Shown: positions 26,131-40,429, counted from the first letter of the stretch. The stretch is 64,000 nucleotides of DNA from the human T2T-CHM13v2.0 reference genome, Homo sapiens (GCF_009914755.1 NC_060928.1); one strand, 5' to 3'. Notes: generated by a model from the letters alone, not told the origin. Numbers and translations are program-made.

Positions 26131-27626
26131 ACACATAAATATTGATACTGATTTCAATTTCTTTGGTAGCAATTTAAATATCTAATCCTCCAGTTATAAT
26201 TTCCATAAGCAATAGAAACTAGCCACTGTGAATGTGTGTTCTTTACTGACACAGACCTGCCTTTGACTATTTTGAGTGGTTGGCATTTTAAAGACTTCCA
26301 GCTGCATTAGAATGACAGGAATGGGATTTACTCTCCTGCTTTAACTAGAAAATTAATGAAAATATATGGAACAATAGTTTCAGAGATTGAACAATAATAA
26401 GCAGGACAGGAGAGAAATTTATGAGAGATGGGAAACAAGGTGAGCTCCGCGACTCCCCAAGCTTACTATCGGGAAGGAATTTCAAAACAGTGCGGGGAAG
26501 GGGAGCCCAAACAGAGGTGTAGTATTTTTAAATAGAAGAGAAAGACTTCGAAGTTCAGGGAGGACGAGGCAGCTGGAATTTGAGGGGTAAAATAGCATAG
26601 AGGAAGAAACTACCTAGAGACAGCTCTGGAACACTGCAGAGGGGTTCAGTCAAGTGTTTGGTAGATTACTGATCTATGCTTGACTGTGATGAAACTAGGT
26701 AAGACGAGGGAATTGATCAATGTAAAGGAGTATGTAGAGCAACTTCAAGAGTTCATGCAGGAAGAGAATGACTTTGTTCTTACCAGCAATAGGACAAAAC
26801 CCTTTTATGCAAGACAGCAGGTAGAGTCCTCAGAAAAGTATTACCTCAGTAGTATGGTCAAATTAGTCCCAGATCAAATGCTCTTCTGGACTTCCCTTAA
26901 CAAATCTTATAAGCATTTCTCAAAATGAATAAACAAATCCAAATTGCTTAGCTATATCCCAGAATATAGTCCTATAATATTTAAAAGGATAAACCAAAAG
27001 TCCCCAAACCAACATTGTACAAATTGCAGTATCTTACATGCAATAAAAAATTACTAAACATGCAAGGAAGCAGGAAATAAGACCCATAAACAGAGGAAGT
27101 AAAAATCAATAGAAAAAGTTTCAGATAGCACTGAATAGAAGAATAAGAGACAAAGATGATAATTAGGTATTGTAATTATACTCCACATGTAGGACATGGA
27201 GGAAAACATGAGCTTGATGAGGAGAAAAATGAAAGATAAGAAAAGATGCAAGTCAGTCTCAACAGATGAAAAATATATAAAAATTAAAAATACACTGTAT
27301 GTGAGCAGTAATAGATAAACACTTAAGAAGAAAAAGTTAGTGACTTGAAGACATTACACTAGAAAATAAAAAAATGAAGCAGAAAAAAGTACTGAAAAGA
27401 AAATGAACAAAGTATCTTCTGTGGGAAGATGTTATGGTGGCATATCATACATGCAGTTGAGGTTCCAGGAAATAAGGGGGACAAGCAGAAAAATAATAAA
27501 ATACGTGTAAAAATTTTTTCCAAATGTATTGACAATTACAAACCCCCAAACTAATAAACTCAATGAACAAGAAACAGAAGAAACATGAAGAAAACCATAA
27601 CCAAAGCACATCAAAATAAAATTGCT

Positions 27627-27923
27627 GGCTGGGTGTGATGGCCCACTCCTGTAATCCCAGCACTTTGGGAGGCCTAGGCGGGTGGATCACCTGAAGTCAG
27701 GAGTTCAAGACCAGCCTGGCCAACATGGCGAAACCCCGTCTCTACTAAAAATACAAAAATTAGCTGAGAGTGGTGGTAACGCCTGTAATCGTAGCTACTC
27801 GAGAGGCTGATGCAAGAGAATCACTTGAACCCGGGATTCGGAGGTTGCAGTGAGCTGAGGTTGCGCAACTGGGCTCCAGCTTGGGTGACAGGTGAAACTC
27901 CATCTCAAAAAATAAAAAAAAAC
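27627..27923 (+). mobile_element. AluS (Sx/Sq-like)
   Basis: Full-length; TSD aaataaaattgct at 27614-27626 and 27924-27936. Confidence 0.97.
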
Positions 27924-30329
27924 AAATAAAATTGCTGAAAACCAGTGATGAAGAGAATATTTTAAAAGCAGGCAGAGAAATCAATGCACAAATCATACAG
28001 AATAATAAATATAAGAATAGCAGATTTCTTGTCAGAAACTACACAAGCCATAAGACAATGGAGTGACTATTAAGTAAATTTCTTGGTCAACACAGTTTTA
28101 GCTGTATTTTACAAACTGTAATGTATTTTCGTTTTCATGTTCAGTTTGAACAACTTCTGATTTCCCTTTTTTCATGTCTTCTCTGTTCCATGGATAATTT
28201 AGAAATATGTTACTTACTTTTCCTGATACCTTTCTCTTGTTAGAAATCTCAATTTTCCAAAAATAGATAGCATGTAGTATAACCTGTATTGATTAAATAA
28301 ATTTCATAGTTTAAAATCTTTCTACCAAACAAACTAACAAAACTAACAAATGATGAGCAAACAAACTTCAAGGCTGTATGTCTTCATTGGTGAATTCTGC
28401 TAACATTTAAAGAAAGTATAATGTCAAGTCTACACAGATTTTTTTAGAAAATAGAAAAGGAGAGAATACTTCTCAATGTATTTTATGATACAAAAATCAG
28501 AAAAATTCATAACAAAAACATAAAACTCCAGACCAATATCCTTCATAAATACATAATACATATGTATTTGTATAAATACATATGTATTTATGCATAAATA
28601 CAAAACTGTATTTATTTATACATAAATACAAAACTCCTTTTTAAAAATTTAATAAATCAGTATATCAATAAATAAAAAATGTGATACATCATGACCAAAT
28701 AGGATTTATCCCAAAAATGCAAGGTTGGCTTTAAGATTTGAGAAATCAAGCATTGAAATTCAATATATTAACAGATTTTTTTCAAAAGGAAAAAGGATTT
28801 GACTAAATTTAGGACCCATCCATGATCAAAGTTCTGAGCAAACTAGAAATAGAAGGGAACTTCTGCAAACTGACAAAGGGCATTATTGAAAAACATGTAG
28901 TTAACATCCTCCAATATGGTGAAATGCTTTTCCTCCAAGTTCAGGAACAAGACAAGGATGTGCACTCCTATCTAGCATTTTTCCAGATGTCCTAGCCTGC
29001 CTAGTAAGTTTTTAAATAACTAATACAGCTTGAAAAAGAAGCAGTAGAGCCTTCTAACATGATCGTTTTTGTAGAAAATCTTGAGGAATTACCCAAAATC
29101 TACTCAGACCTACAAATCGGTTTACCAAGTTAGCAGTATGCAAGATTAATGTATAAAAAATATATTTTTGTGTGCTAGCAATGTAATTAAAAATTTAAAA
29201 ATCACCATTGACAATAGGATCAGAGAATACGAAATATATACACATAAATGTAATAGAATATATATTCAGTCTGAACACTGAAAACAGCATTGCTGCGAAA
29301 GGTTAGAAAAGTTTCAAATAAATAGAAAAATATAGCATACTATGAGTTGGAAGACTCAATACTGTATCAGTTCTGTACCAAGTGATCTATTGATTCAATG
29401 CACTTCCACTCAAAATATCCACAAGTTTTTCTGTGGAAATTGACAAACTAAGTATAAAATTGATATGGAGATGAAATACAAAGTTTGAATAGCCAAAGTA
29501 ATTTGAAAAAAATAAAATAAAATTGGAGGATGTACAAAACTGATTTTAAGACTTAATGTAAAGCTGCAGTACTCTACACAGTGTGGCTCTGGCATAAGGT
29601 AGACATAGATTAGTGGAATAGAAAAGAGAGTCAAGAAATAGCTCATATATAACCACATACATGGTTAGTCAATTTTCAAGAAATTACCAAAGTAATTAAG
29701 TAAGGAAATAATAACCATTTGAAATGATGTTGAATAATTGCCATCCACATCTGGAAAATAAACCTTGATTCTAATGTCACACCATATGCAAATATGGGTA
29801 GCTAAAACCTTGCAACTTCTAGTAGAAATAATGGAAGAAAATCTTAACTTTGGTTATAGCAAAGATTTCTTAAATAGAACACAGAAAGCAGAAACATTAA
29901 ACATTCGTCCTCTCCAAAAGACACAGGTTAAACAAAATAAAAGCCACAGACTAGGAGGAAGTATTTTAAAAATACATATCTGATAAAGGATTTGTGTTCA
30001 GAATATGTAAAGAACTCTTTCAACTCAATGATAAAAAGATAAATGACTCAATAAACCAGTGGGCAAAATATTTGAACAGGTATTTCACCAAAGGGGATAC
30101 AAACAAACACCTGAAAATATGCTTAACATATTACTCACTAGGAAAATGAAAGTTACAAATGCAATGATATACCACTAAGCACACACTTGAATGGCTAAGC
30201 TTAAAAAGACTTCCAGTCCCCAGGGTTAGCAACCATGTGAAACAACTGGAACTCTCACATATCACTAAGGGGAGTGCAAAAATGGTTCATTTATATTGGA
30301 AGACATTTCAGCAGTGTCTTATAAAATGA

Positions 30330-30660
<331 letters not shown>

Positions 30661-31984
30661 AGTGTTCCTATTCTTAAGTGTTTTTCCAACAGAAAAGAAA
30701 TTTTTATTCACACCAAGGCTTATATGCAAATATTCAGAGCAGCTTTTTTTTTTTTTAACAAAAAATAATAGTCAAAAACCAGAAAAGAACTCAATTGTTC
30801 ATTAGCTTTTTGCTGTGGTAAGCAAATGTGATATGTATGTACAATGGAATACTGCTCAGCAATTAATAAAAAACAACTATCAATACAGATAACTCTCAAA
30901 AGCATTATGTTATGTGAAAGCAGCTAGCTGCAAAAGATCCCAGGTTGCATTTTCATGTATATAATATTCCAGGAAAATCAAAATTATTCTGATAAAAAAC
31001 AAATCCCTGGTTGTCAAGGGTTGGAGAGAGATTAAGAGCAAACAGATGCAATGGAACTTTTTGGGGTGACAGAAGCATTCTGCATCATGACAGTTTTAGT
31101 GGTTACATGACTTGTAAACTTAACATTCATTAATTTTACTGCTCATAAATTATACCGCAGGAAAACCGACTAAAAATAAGATATAAGAATCTATCTTCAG
31201 ACAAATCCTAACAATTATACTGACAGTTGTGTCACTAAGAATATTTCTCACTAATTGGTTCAGAGTTGTGGGCTGCTAAATGGATTAAAGCAAACCAAGA
31301 AAAGAGCTTAATATTATTTTAGAAAGGAACCGTTGAAAGATAATCCTGGAATATAGCCACATAAGGAGATTAGCACATACTCGCCAAAAATTTAAATCTT
31401 TTGCTATTTAATGAAATCAGGCCAAGCAGCAGCACTTGTCAGTAATTATACCGGTGGTGACAATTCATATGTATATGCTTTATGGTTTTGAAAGTAAGTT
31501 AAAATATGTAAGCTGAAAGACTCAAGGGCCTGAGACACATTCTGGCCATAGGAGCAAGTAAACAAAACATTTTCATGGGTGCAAGATAGATGGCATCAAA
31601 AATTGGAATGCCGTTCAGAATGCAAAAGAACTTCCAAAATCTTTACAGTCATTCTGCTGGTCTGTCTGCTTTTCCTGCTCCTACTTTCTGACGATCTCTT
31701 CTTGGGTATCTTACAGTCTTAACTCACTGAGACTAGATTTGCTGGACTAAGTAAGTCACTGTGATATAGAGGACCTCATTGGGAAGAGTTCTTGGATTAG
31801 ATCACCTTTGCCAGGGTTAGGGGTTGTTTGGGGCCAACAGTCCTCTCTGGTCTACACTGTTGTAATGAAAATCAAATGGCGAATGAACAAACAAGGAAAT
31901 ATACTAGCATTTTATAATCTACAAACTATTTGTAAATTATTTCATCTAATTCCTCTAACAGATATTATAAACTTTTCTTTAACA

Positions 31985-32080
31985 GTTGTGTATTTTCAGC
32001 TCTTTGCACAGTGAGCTAGTCTTGGTAGATGCTCAGTAAATATTTGTTAAATGAATTCATTAGGAGATTAATGAATGGAT
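31985..32080 (+). mobile_element. L2 3' tail
   Basis: gtagatgctcagtaaatatttgttaaatgaat. Confidence 0.6.
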
Positions 32081-32164
32081 TGAGGGAGATGTGAATATAT
32101 CAGTGATGTCCTCAAAAGTTGTATAGCTTGGCCAAGTTCAGAGAGCTTGGCACATGTTAAAGGA

Positions 32165-32310
32165 AAGGCAGTGGAGGACAGTAAGCAACTAATTATACAG
32201 GTTTTGCAGTCATATCTGCACCTTCACTTGCTGAGCCTCTGTTTATTTCATCGGTGAAATAAAGTCAGTTGCATTTCTCTTCAGGATTTTAAGAAGTTTT
32301 AGGTGATAAA
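32165..32310 (+). mobile_element. MIR fragment
   Basis: ctgagcctctgtttatttcatcggtgaaat. Confidence 0.5.
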
Positions 32311-33644
32311 GGGTTGCTGTTTGCAAACCCAAGAGCACATACCAGCACTTAGGAACTTCTTAATTAAAATTCAGGATCTCTGATTATAATTCCTGTGATT
32401 CTTGTCATTACACTGTGCTTCTGAAATATGAGTGTTCATTTAGTATATCAAAAGAAGAAAATGAACACAATTTTCATCTTGGGAGAAATAAAACCATACA
32501 GTTTCTTTATTTCATGTTTCTTCTGCAAATTTTGCTTATTACTGTTTTTCTACTTGTGGTTGCTTATGTAATTCTCTTCTTTGATAACTGAATGATGTAT
32601 CTTCCCAAATTTAGTAAAATATAACTTATCTAGAAACTACATACATTTAATTTCAACTAGTTATAACGGCCAAAGTCCAGGATGTGAAGAAAATAAGCAA
32701 AATACACTTTCACCTCCCCCCACCAAAAATGCCATAATGTGTATGATATATGTATAAGTGTATAAAAGCTCATGCATTTGACTCATAAGAGAATAATTTG
32801 GGCTTTACTTAGAGCTTGTTGACTCTTTTTGCATGTAATTGTATTAAGCTGAATGATCTGATTTTCCCACAAAGAGCAGATTAAAACTAGCCAATTAAAA
32901 GGAAGCAAGAGAATTGACAGCAGTGAGAATTAACAATAATTTCCCACAGGTATTACTCTTCAGTAACTTTACAATACAATGTTTATGGCTTCATCTAAGA
33001 TGTAAAATATTAATTATGCTAAAAATGCTTCTTTAATAACGGGTTGTGTTTGTGTGACACAAGTGTGTCACACAAGTGACACATTGTATCTTCTTAAACT
33101 ATCTTAAACATAAATAACTCAGAAAATATTCCTTTGTTGAGCAGCATTTATGAAGCCCTGCAAATTGAATTAGACTTGTTGAAATATGGATAATGATGAT
33201 TCTGCAATAATACCAATGTGCAAGCCTCACTTTTTGATTTTTCAGAACATACTGAAATTCTATTATTCAGTCCTCAACCACTGATTTATTGAGAGCTATT
33301 TATATGTGTCATACAGTCCAGTCTCTCCTTAGCACAGATATTGGGACAGACTGATTCCAAGGCATACTCTAGAAATGGGAAAATATAAATGTTTAATAGA
33401 ATAATCTGTAATTTATAACCTACAAGGAACAAATAGCTATGTGATGCATGATGACCTCTCTTGTATGCAGATGGTTTTTGTTCTAACTGGAAGAACGGAA
33501 TTGTAGCATTTTCTAAATAATGAAACATGCTCCCATGAACCACGGGGTATGTGGTGGGCTTTTATTATAGTTTTAACTTCTCAGCCTCTTATGCACATTT
33601 CCTTTGGGGGATTCCTCTCAGTATGATTTGTGGTAGAGACGGGG

Positions 33645-33830
33645 TGTGGCTTCAGCAGTGGTTATCAGTGCTGTTCTCTTAGTATTTCCAGCTTTCTGTC
33701 TTACAGGACGGAATTACCTGACCGCCTTCTGGTAGGGTGAGCCTGTGACTGCTGTGGGTCAGTGAGATGTGAACAGCAGTGATGGGTTTTTTCCAGCTGG
33801 ATTATCCGAGTGCTGGTGTGAGACCCACTA
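33645..33830 (+). mobile_element. MLT1I/J-like LTR, 5' part
   Basis: gggtgagcctgtgactgctgtgggtcagtgagatgtgaacagcagtgat...gctggtgtgagacc. Confidence 0.6.
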
Positions 33831-33833
33831 GAG

Positions 33834-34208
33834 CAGTACTTAACCTTTATTGTTGTTCTCAGGGCTCCTTTACACTGTTAAACATTTTTGAGGATTCTAA
33901 AAGGATGTAGTTTACGTTAGTTATATCTATTGATATTTATTGTATTGGAACTTAAAACTGAAATTATAAAAATATTTATTAAATTATTTAGAAGAGTAAA
34001 ATAAACCCATTCCACATCAATGTCAGTAACATATTCATATAAAAATAATTATGTTCTCAAAAAAAAACAGTGAAAAGAATAGTATTGTTTACCATTTTTG
34101 GAAATCTTAATTTTTAACTCAAAAGAAGACAGCTAGATTTTCGTATCAGCTTCTGCATTCAATCTTGAAATATCTCAGTGTCATGAAGCCTCTGGAAAAC
34201 TCCACTGT
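33834..34208 (+). mobile_element. Charlie1b-like, 5' part
   Basis: Collinear with the copy at 22517-23049; ends ...gcctctggaaaactccactgt. Confidence 0.8.
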
Positions 34209-34289
34209 GTGTTAATTAGAAAGCTAATGGAGAAAGTGCCATGGGAAAATACTAGGTACAGCAGCAAAAGAGGCCAAAGAGCTGTGGTA

Positions 34290-34578
34290 AAACGAGAGGA
34301 ACTTGGCCAGCCAGTGCCGGTTCCCAGATGGAGGCCCACGGGCAACAAAAAGAGAGGCCTCTGAGAGCAGAGGGTGGCCACCAGCCGACAGCAGCAAGAC
34401 AATGAAGACCTCCATCCTAGAACCACGTATAACTGAATTCTGCCAACAACCTGGATGGGCCTGGAAGTGGGTTCTCCCCTATGCCTCCAGTAGGGTATGC
34501 AGCTTTACTGACACCCTGATTTCAACCCTGGATCTACAGGGTTGTAAGGTAAGAAAGAGGTGTTGTTTTAAGCCACTT
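34290..34578 (+). mobile_element. MLT1E-like LTR fragment
   Basis: gaggcctctgagagcagag...aactgaattctgccaacaacctg...gtgttgttttaagccac; the terminal LTR bases are missing. Confidence 0.8.
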
Positions 34579-34589
34579 CTACCCCAAAG

Positions 34590-35030
34590 CAAGCAATGTA
34601 TAATAATTTATCATATTAATAAACTAAAAAACAAAAAAACACGTTTCATCTCTATACATGTAGAAAAAGCATTTGACAAAACACCAAATCCTTCCTTCAT
34701 AAAAATCTTCATGAAACTAGGAAGTGAAGGGAATTTCCAAAAACTGATAATATGACATCTATGAAAACCCGACATAGAACATCATATTTGCTGGTAAAAA
34801 ATGCAAAGTTTTCTTAAATATGGTATCAAAAGCACAGTTCTAAAAAACTAAACTGAAACCTTGGGCTTCATTAAAATTTAAATCTTCTAGTCTTTGAATG
34901 ACACTGTTAAAATTTAAGCCACAGACTACAATAAAATATTTGCATATCTTATATTTGATAAAAGACTTGTATCCAGAATATATAAAGAATCTGCAAAACT
35001 CACAAATAAGAGCAAATAAGCCAAGGAAAC
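34590..35030 (+). mobile_element. Two non-contiguous old L1 ORF2 fragments
   Basis: ORF 34303-34755 ends in an L1 RT-like ISIHVEKAFDK...KLGSEGNF; from 34801 the sequence matches the ORF2 C-terminal region (gataaaagacttgtatccagaatatataaagaa). Confidence 0.8.
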
Positions 35031-35064
35031 TCAATGACTTGAGCTAAATTTTAAAATAGGGTTA

Positions 35065-35647
<583 letters not shown>

Positions 35648-35949
35648 GGAGATATGAACAAAGTCAAAGTTTAAAAATATATAGTTAGTTCACCATAGTT
35701 TATGCTTAAAATATCTGTTCTTAGTCTTGTTATCCATAAAGTTAATGGGTATTTGTGGTGGGTAGACATTACTATTTATTTTTCAAGCGTATGATAATCA
35801 AATGAGATCATTTCTTTCAGTTTATAACTGTAAATTGCCATTAGAGATATTATCATCACTAATATGTTATTGTAATTATTATAGGGTATTATTATCATCA
35901 ATATATTATTGTAATTATTATTATTGAAGAACTAGCATATCATTATAAA

Positions 35950-36050
35950 AATGCAACAGAAACAGGCAAATAACATCTAAATATTATTATGAAAATAGTT
36001 TTGAACTTGCAGATATCCAGGAATTCCCAGACTCCACTTTGAGGACTGCT
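35950..36050 (+). mobile_element. Charlie1b-like, 3' part
   Basis: aggcaaataacatctaaatattattatgaaaatagttttga...cactttgaggactgct matches 22938-23049. Confidence 0.75.
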
Positions 36051-36054
36051 ACGC

Positions 36055-36260
36055 CAGGAGTTGTTCTTTCTGACATGATAACTAGATAGAGTGGCTATCT
36101 CTTCTGGAGTGAACACAACGTGTGGCAGAGTTCCCAGCTAATGTATAATGGGACATTTAAAGAGAGTGAGAAATTAAGTTGTTATGTGTTTTTTTTTTTA
36201 ACCACCGAGATTTTGAGAGTGTTTTGTGGCTACAGAATAATCTAGTTTTTCCTTTTATAG
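36055..36260 (+). mobile_element. MLT1I/J-like LTR, 3' part
   Basis: ggcagagttcccagcta...gtgagaaattaagtt...aaccaccgagattttgag. Confidence 0.6.
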
Positions 36261-36269
36261 TTTCCAAAA

Positions 36270-36650
36270 CAAAAATGCAAAGGGCCAGACACTCACTTTT
36301 TTGAAGCTTTAGCAACCAGAGGTGAGCATAAGACTTATCTGCAGCCAATTACATACTCCTATCTGGTACTTTGAATGAGGAGCAGATGTGAAGAGGAGGT
36401 ACAGATGAGAGTTTATTCTAGTAGTTGTGGTAGCTGTAGAAACACCCAGGTACCAGTGGCAGCAAAGTCAGTTATCATTAGCAATGGAGGCTCTATTGCC
36501 AGACATGTATTAATGTCTGATATTTGACAAAACAAGTATCTTCTCTTAGTTCTTATCTGCTTGTGACCTTGGTTTTCCAATCATCCGATAAATACTCTCC
36601 TTGCTTACATTATCCAGCTTTCTATTCTTTGCATCTAAGAATCTCAGCTA
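36270..36650 (+). mobile_element. ERVL LTR (LTR33-like)
   Basis: 3' end ataaatactctccttgcttacattatccagctttctattctttgcatctaagaatc is typical of LTR33/LTR16. Confidence 0.5.
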
Positions 36651-37859
36651 GCTTTGTGCAGTCCGATAAATGAGGTTTTGCTCTATAAGAAGTTAAAATT
36701 CAGAACTCTCCAGGGGTCTCCAGACTTCTTTGATCACAGTCCGTATCAAGAAAGAATGTGTACATGTAACTCCAATATATTTCTCTGCTAGAGACTTGGA
36801 TCACTTTTATAGGTCAGACAAGTCTTGCTGCATCAGAATACCTTATTCTAAAATGTAACCTCACTATTCTAATTAAATGCAAAGTCAGCTGTCTGATGGA
36901 AATGTAAAATATTGTATATAAGTAATATACAAAAAAAATTGCCGTGCATTGAATAATTGACACTATTGATTTTGCTTCACCAATAAGCATCTTAAAATAT
37001 AAATTACAAACATGCGTGAGGCAAGTACTATCACAGAATTTTCAAGACTGATGCTTTGCAGTGGATGATAGGAAAAATAATACAGAGATAACATTAGGAT
37101 GCAAGCTGTATAGGCTTTGATATTTTCTGACAGAGGGGTTCTGGGGCATGGAGTGAGTTCCTAAAACCACTAGTAGTTTGAGTTGAAACGTCATTTGAAA
37201 AAGACATCACAAAGTTCCTATGGCACTGTCGGCCTGCTGCATTGAAGAATGACTAGTTTCCTTTTTTGTTGTATTCTTCATTTAGAAGTAGTGCTGCTTT
37301 AATTGGCATTTTAGGATTAAAATTTATTAAAAGGAGTATGATTAAATGTAAAAGAAAATATCAACACATTATTTTTCAAAGTCATTATTTTCAACATTTT
37401 AGAAAAAGATCTTATTTTTTTTTTAAAAAAAAATATATATACATACTAAGACAATTAGACTTCCCCAAATACCATAAAACAGACCTTTGGTTTTTTACTT
37501 CATTGTAAATTACTGAAATTCATTACTTAATTGTATGCTATGAAATTCTTTGAAAGTTCATGATTACTTTCAAGTTAAATTTCAAGTTCATTGGAAAAAA
37601 TACACAAAGTACCTGAATGCATAATCTTACATAATTTTTTCCAGAATTTTAATTTTACGGTGCCCATAAATAATCCACTTAAAGATGGAAAACATACTGT
37701 GCTTCAGGGAAGTATGCATACAAGTTGCTTTTATCATAAATATCTATTTGACTCTAAAGGCCAAAGAGCCTTTTTGTAAAAACGGTTAGAATTGTCGGGG
37801 TAAATCCTTTTACCTATGTAAATTACAGAACTTGTTGCAGAATAATGTATATGTTTCTC

Positions 37860-38700
37860 CAGGCTTCTCTGGTGGGTGATAACCTGATAGTTTTTAAAAG
37901 TGCATCAGCCACAATGCACATAACCCATCTCAAAAGCATCTTGATATTCCTGATGCATGAAATAACTGTTTTGAATGACTGGCAAAGTGTATGAGATGGA
38001 GATACAACAGTCAGGGAAATACACACGAACAGAAACCACCAAGAGGACTGCCAGCAATTTCATTGCACCAAGTGTTTATTCAACTGTGGAAAGATCATAT
38101 TTGGCATAGAAAGTACATTCTTTACAGAAGCTGACTATATTGTTCAACAGATAATTTGCCTTTATGGCTGATCCATTTAGACTTAAGCTGGAATTTTCAT
38201 GACACAATTCATTTGCTGAAAGCATATTGTTGAAAATGTGAATACTTTGAAGTGCCAGGTTAAAAACATGTTTTAGCACGATTTCTGATTCAACCATACA
38301 ATACTGGATGGTGGAATAGTTGAGTAAATGATTGGCGACCTGGTTATCTTTCTGAGTTGTAGGTTCTGATGGTTCCTGACTTGACTTATGTTGTCAGAAG
38401 AAGTTTCTGAATGAGATTATTTAAAAAGATAGAGTTAGTAAAGATGGCTTGATATCTATATGGTTCTTTTCTTTGTTTTGAAGACAACGTAGTCTTCTTT
38501 TGAAAAAAAGTCCTCAAAATGGATATCATTGATAGTACTAGTGTGCCATCTTCTAGAGGAAGAAACCAAGTACTAGGTAAGAGGAGAATGTGGGATTCTC
38601 AACGATACCAGAGATCACTCATCAGTTCAGTGCAGAGTACTATACCTATGCTCTTCAGGAGAAATTGATAGTATGCCAGTTGTTAGCATGAGAGAATTTT
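37860..38700 (+). mobile_element. Ancient RTE-clade LINE (L4-like) reverse-transcriptase remnant
   Basis: Frameshifted but collinear RT-like peptides: LNDW (37971), DCSNF (38046), GKI (38088), DTIHLLK..IVEKCEY (38201-38245), DS (38287), RVSKDGLISIWFFSLF (38431). Confidence 0.5.
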
Positions 38701-38705
38701 ATATA

Positions 38706-39867
38706 CGGTAATATGACACTTAACGATGGAGATACATTCTGAGAAATGCATCACTAGGCGATTTTGTCATTGTGTGACATCATAGAGGGTACTTACACAA
38801 ACCTAGATGGAATAGCCCACTCTACACCTAGGCTATATGGAATAGCCTATTGCTCCTAGGCTTCAAACCCATACAGCATGGCACTATATGGAATACTGTA
38901 GGCAATTTTAACACAATGGTAAGTATTTATGTATCTGAACATACCGAAATATAGAAAAGGTACAGTGAAAATATGGTGTAAAAGATTTTTTTAAAAAGGT
39001 ACACCTGTATAGGGTGCTTACCATGAATGAGGCTTGGAGGACTGGAAATTGCATCGTTCATTGAATGAGTGAGTGATGAGTGAATGTGAAGGCCTAGGAC
39101 ATTACTGTACACTGCTGTAGACTTCATAAATATTATATACTTAGGCTACACTGAATTTATTTACAGTTATTTTTCTGCAATAATAAATTAACTCTAGCAT
39201 ACTGTAACTTTTACTTTACAAACTTTTTAATCATTTATAATTTTTGACTCAAGATAACACAGCTTAAAACACAAGTACATTGTACAGCTGTATAAAATGT
39301 TTTTCTTTCTTTATATCTTTATAAGTGCTTTTCTATTTTTAATGTTTTTTCTTACTTTTTAAAATTTTGTTAAAAACTAGAACACAAACACATATATTAG
39401 CCTAGCCCTACACAGGATCATCAATATCACTGTCTTCTCCCTCCATATCTTGTCCAGCTGGAATGTCTTCAGAAGCGATAACACACAAAGAGCTGTCATC
39501 TAGGATAACAATGCCTTCTTCTAGAGTACCTCCTGAAGAACCTGCTTGAGGCCATGTTACAGTTAACTTTTTTTATTAGTAGGAGTACATGCTAAAATAA
39601 TGATAAATAGTATAGTATAGTAAATACATACACCGTACTGTAAGTACATAATATTAGGTGCTAGATTTTTATATCACTGGTGGCACAGTAGGTTTGTTTA
39701 CACCAGCATCACCACAGACACTTAAGTAACGCATTACACTAAGACGTCACAATGACTACCACATCACGGGGTGACGGGAATTTTTCAGGTCCATTATAAT
39801 CTTATAGGACCATCATTGTATATGCGATCCATTATTGACTGAGACGTCTTTATATGGCTCATAACTG
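38706..39867 (+). mobile_element. Tigger3b-like (Golem/MER7) TcMar DNA transposon, complete
   Basis: Begins cggtaatatgacacttaacgatggagatacattctgagaaatgc and ends gagacgtctttatatggctcataactg; TA TSD at 38704-38705 and 39868-39869; 1162 bp. Confidence 0.92.
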
Positions 39868-40429
39868 TATGATAATTAAAGATACATATGAGAACTTTCT
39901 TGCTGATACCGTTTGGATTTCTTCTGATCTCTTCCATTTTGAGAGCCTATGAAGCAGCAAATAGAAGCCTAATTACATTTCTGTTCTCCTCCCATTCCCC
40001 CCAGAATCCTGACCCTTGGGAATGGGATCTGGAGCCAGTGGGAAGCATTCTCCGAATATGATAATGTGGTTATCTTCTGACGAGTGCTGGCATTATCACT
40101 TGTTGCTAGTGAGCATTTTTTAATAAATAATTTTTGCTCTTGAATCTTAGAAATCTTTAATATCTTTAAAACCTTGACTAATTGATTTTTATCATATGTT
40201 CACCCTCTTGGTTGATTTAGAAAAAACACCAGGCTTGTTCTGAGGTTCACCCGACTCCACTGCATGTATTACGTGCATGTGTACCTTGGAATGGAAAATA
40301 CATGACTAAGCCCTGTAAGTTATGAGCTTTCCAGACACTATAATTCAGGCTGGCATGCTTTCATTTTGTCCCTTCTTTCATTCTTTTCTTTCTGCAAGAG
40401 CTTCCTACATAAGAGGATGAAGCCATTGT

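Noticed and set aside
34303-34755. 150-aa ORF as a gene
   Set aside because: Chance read-through from an MLT1E LTR into an L1 ORF2 fragment; no other coding support.
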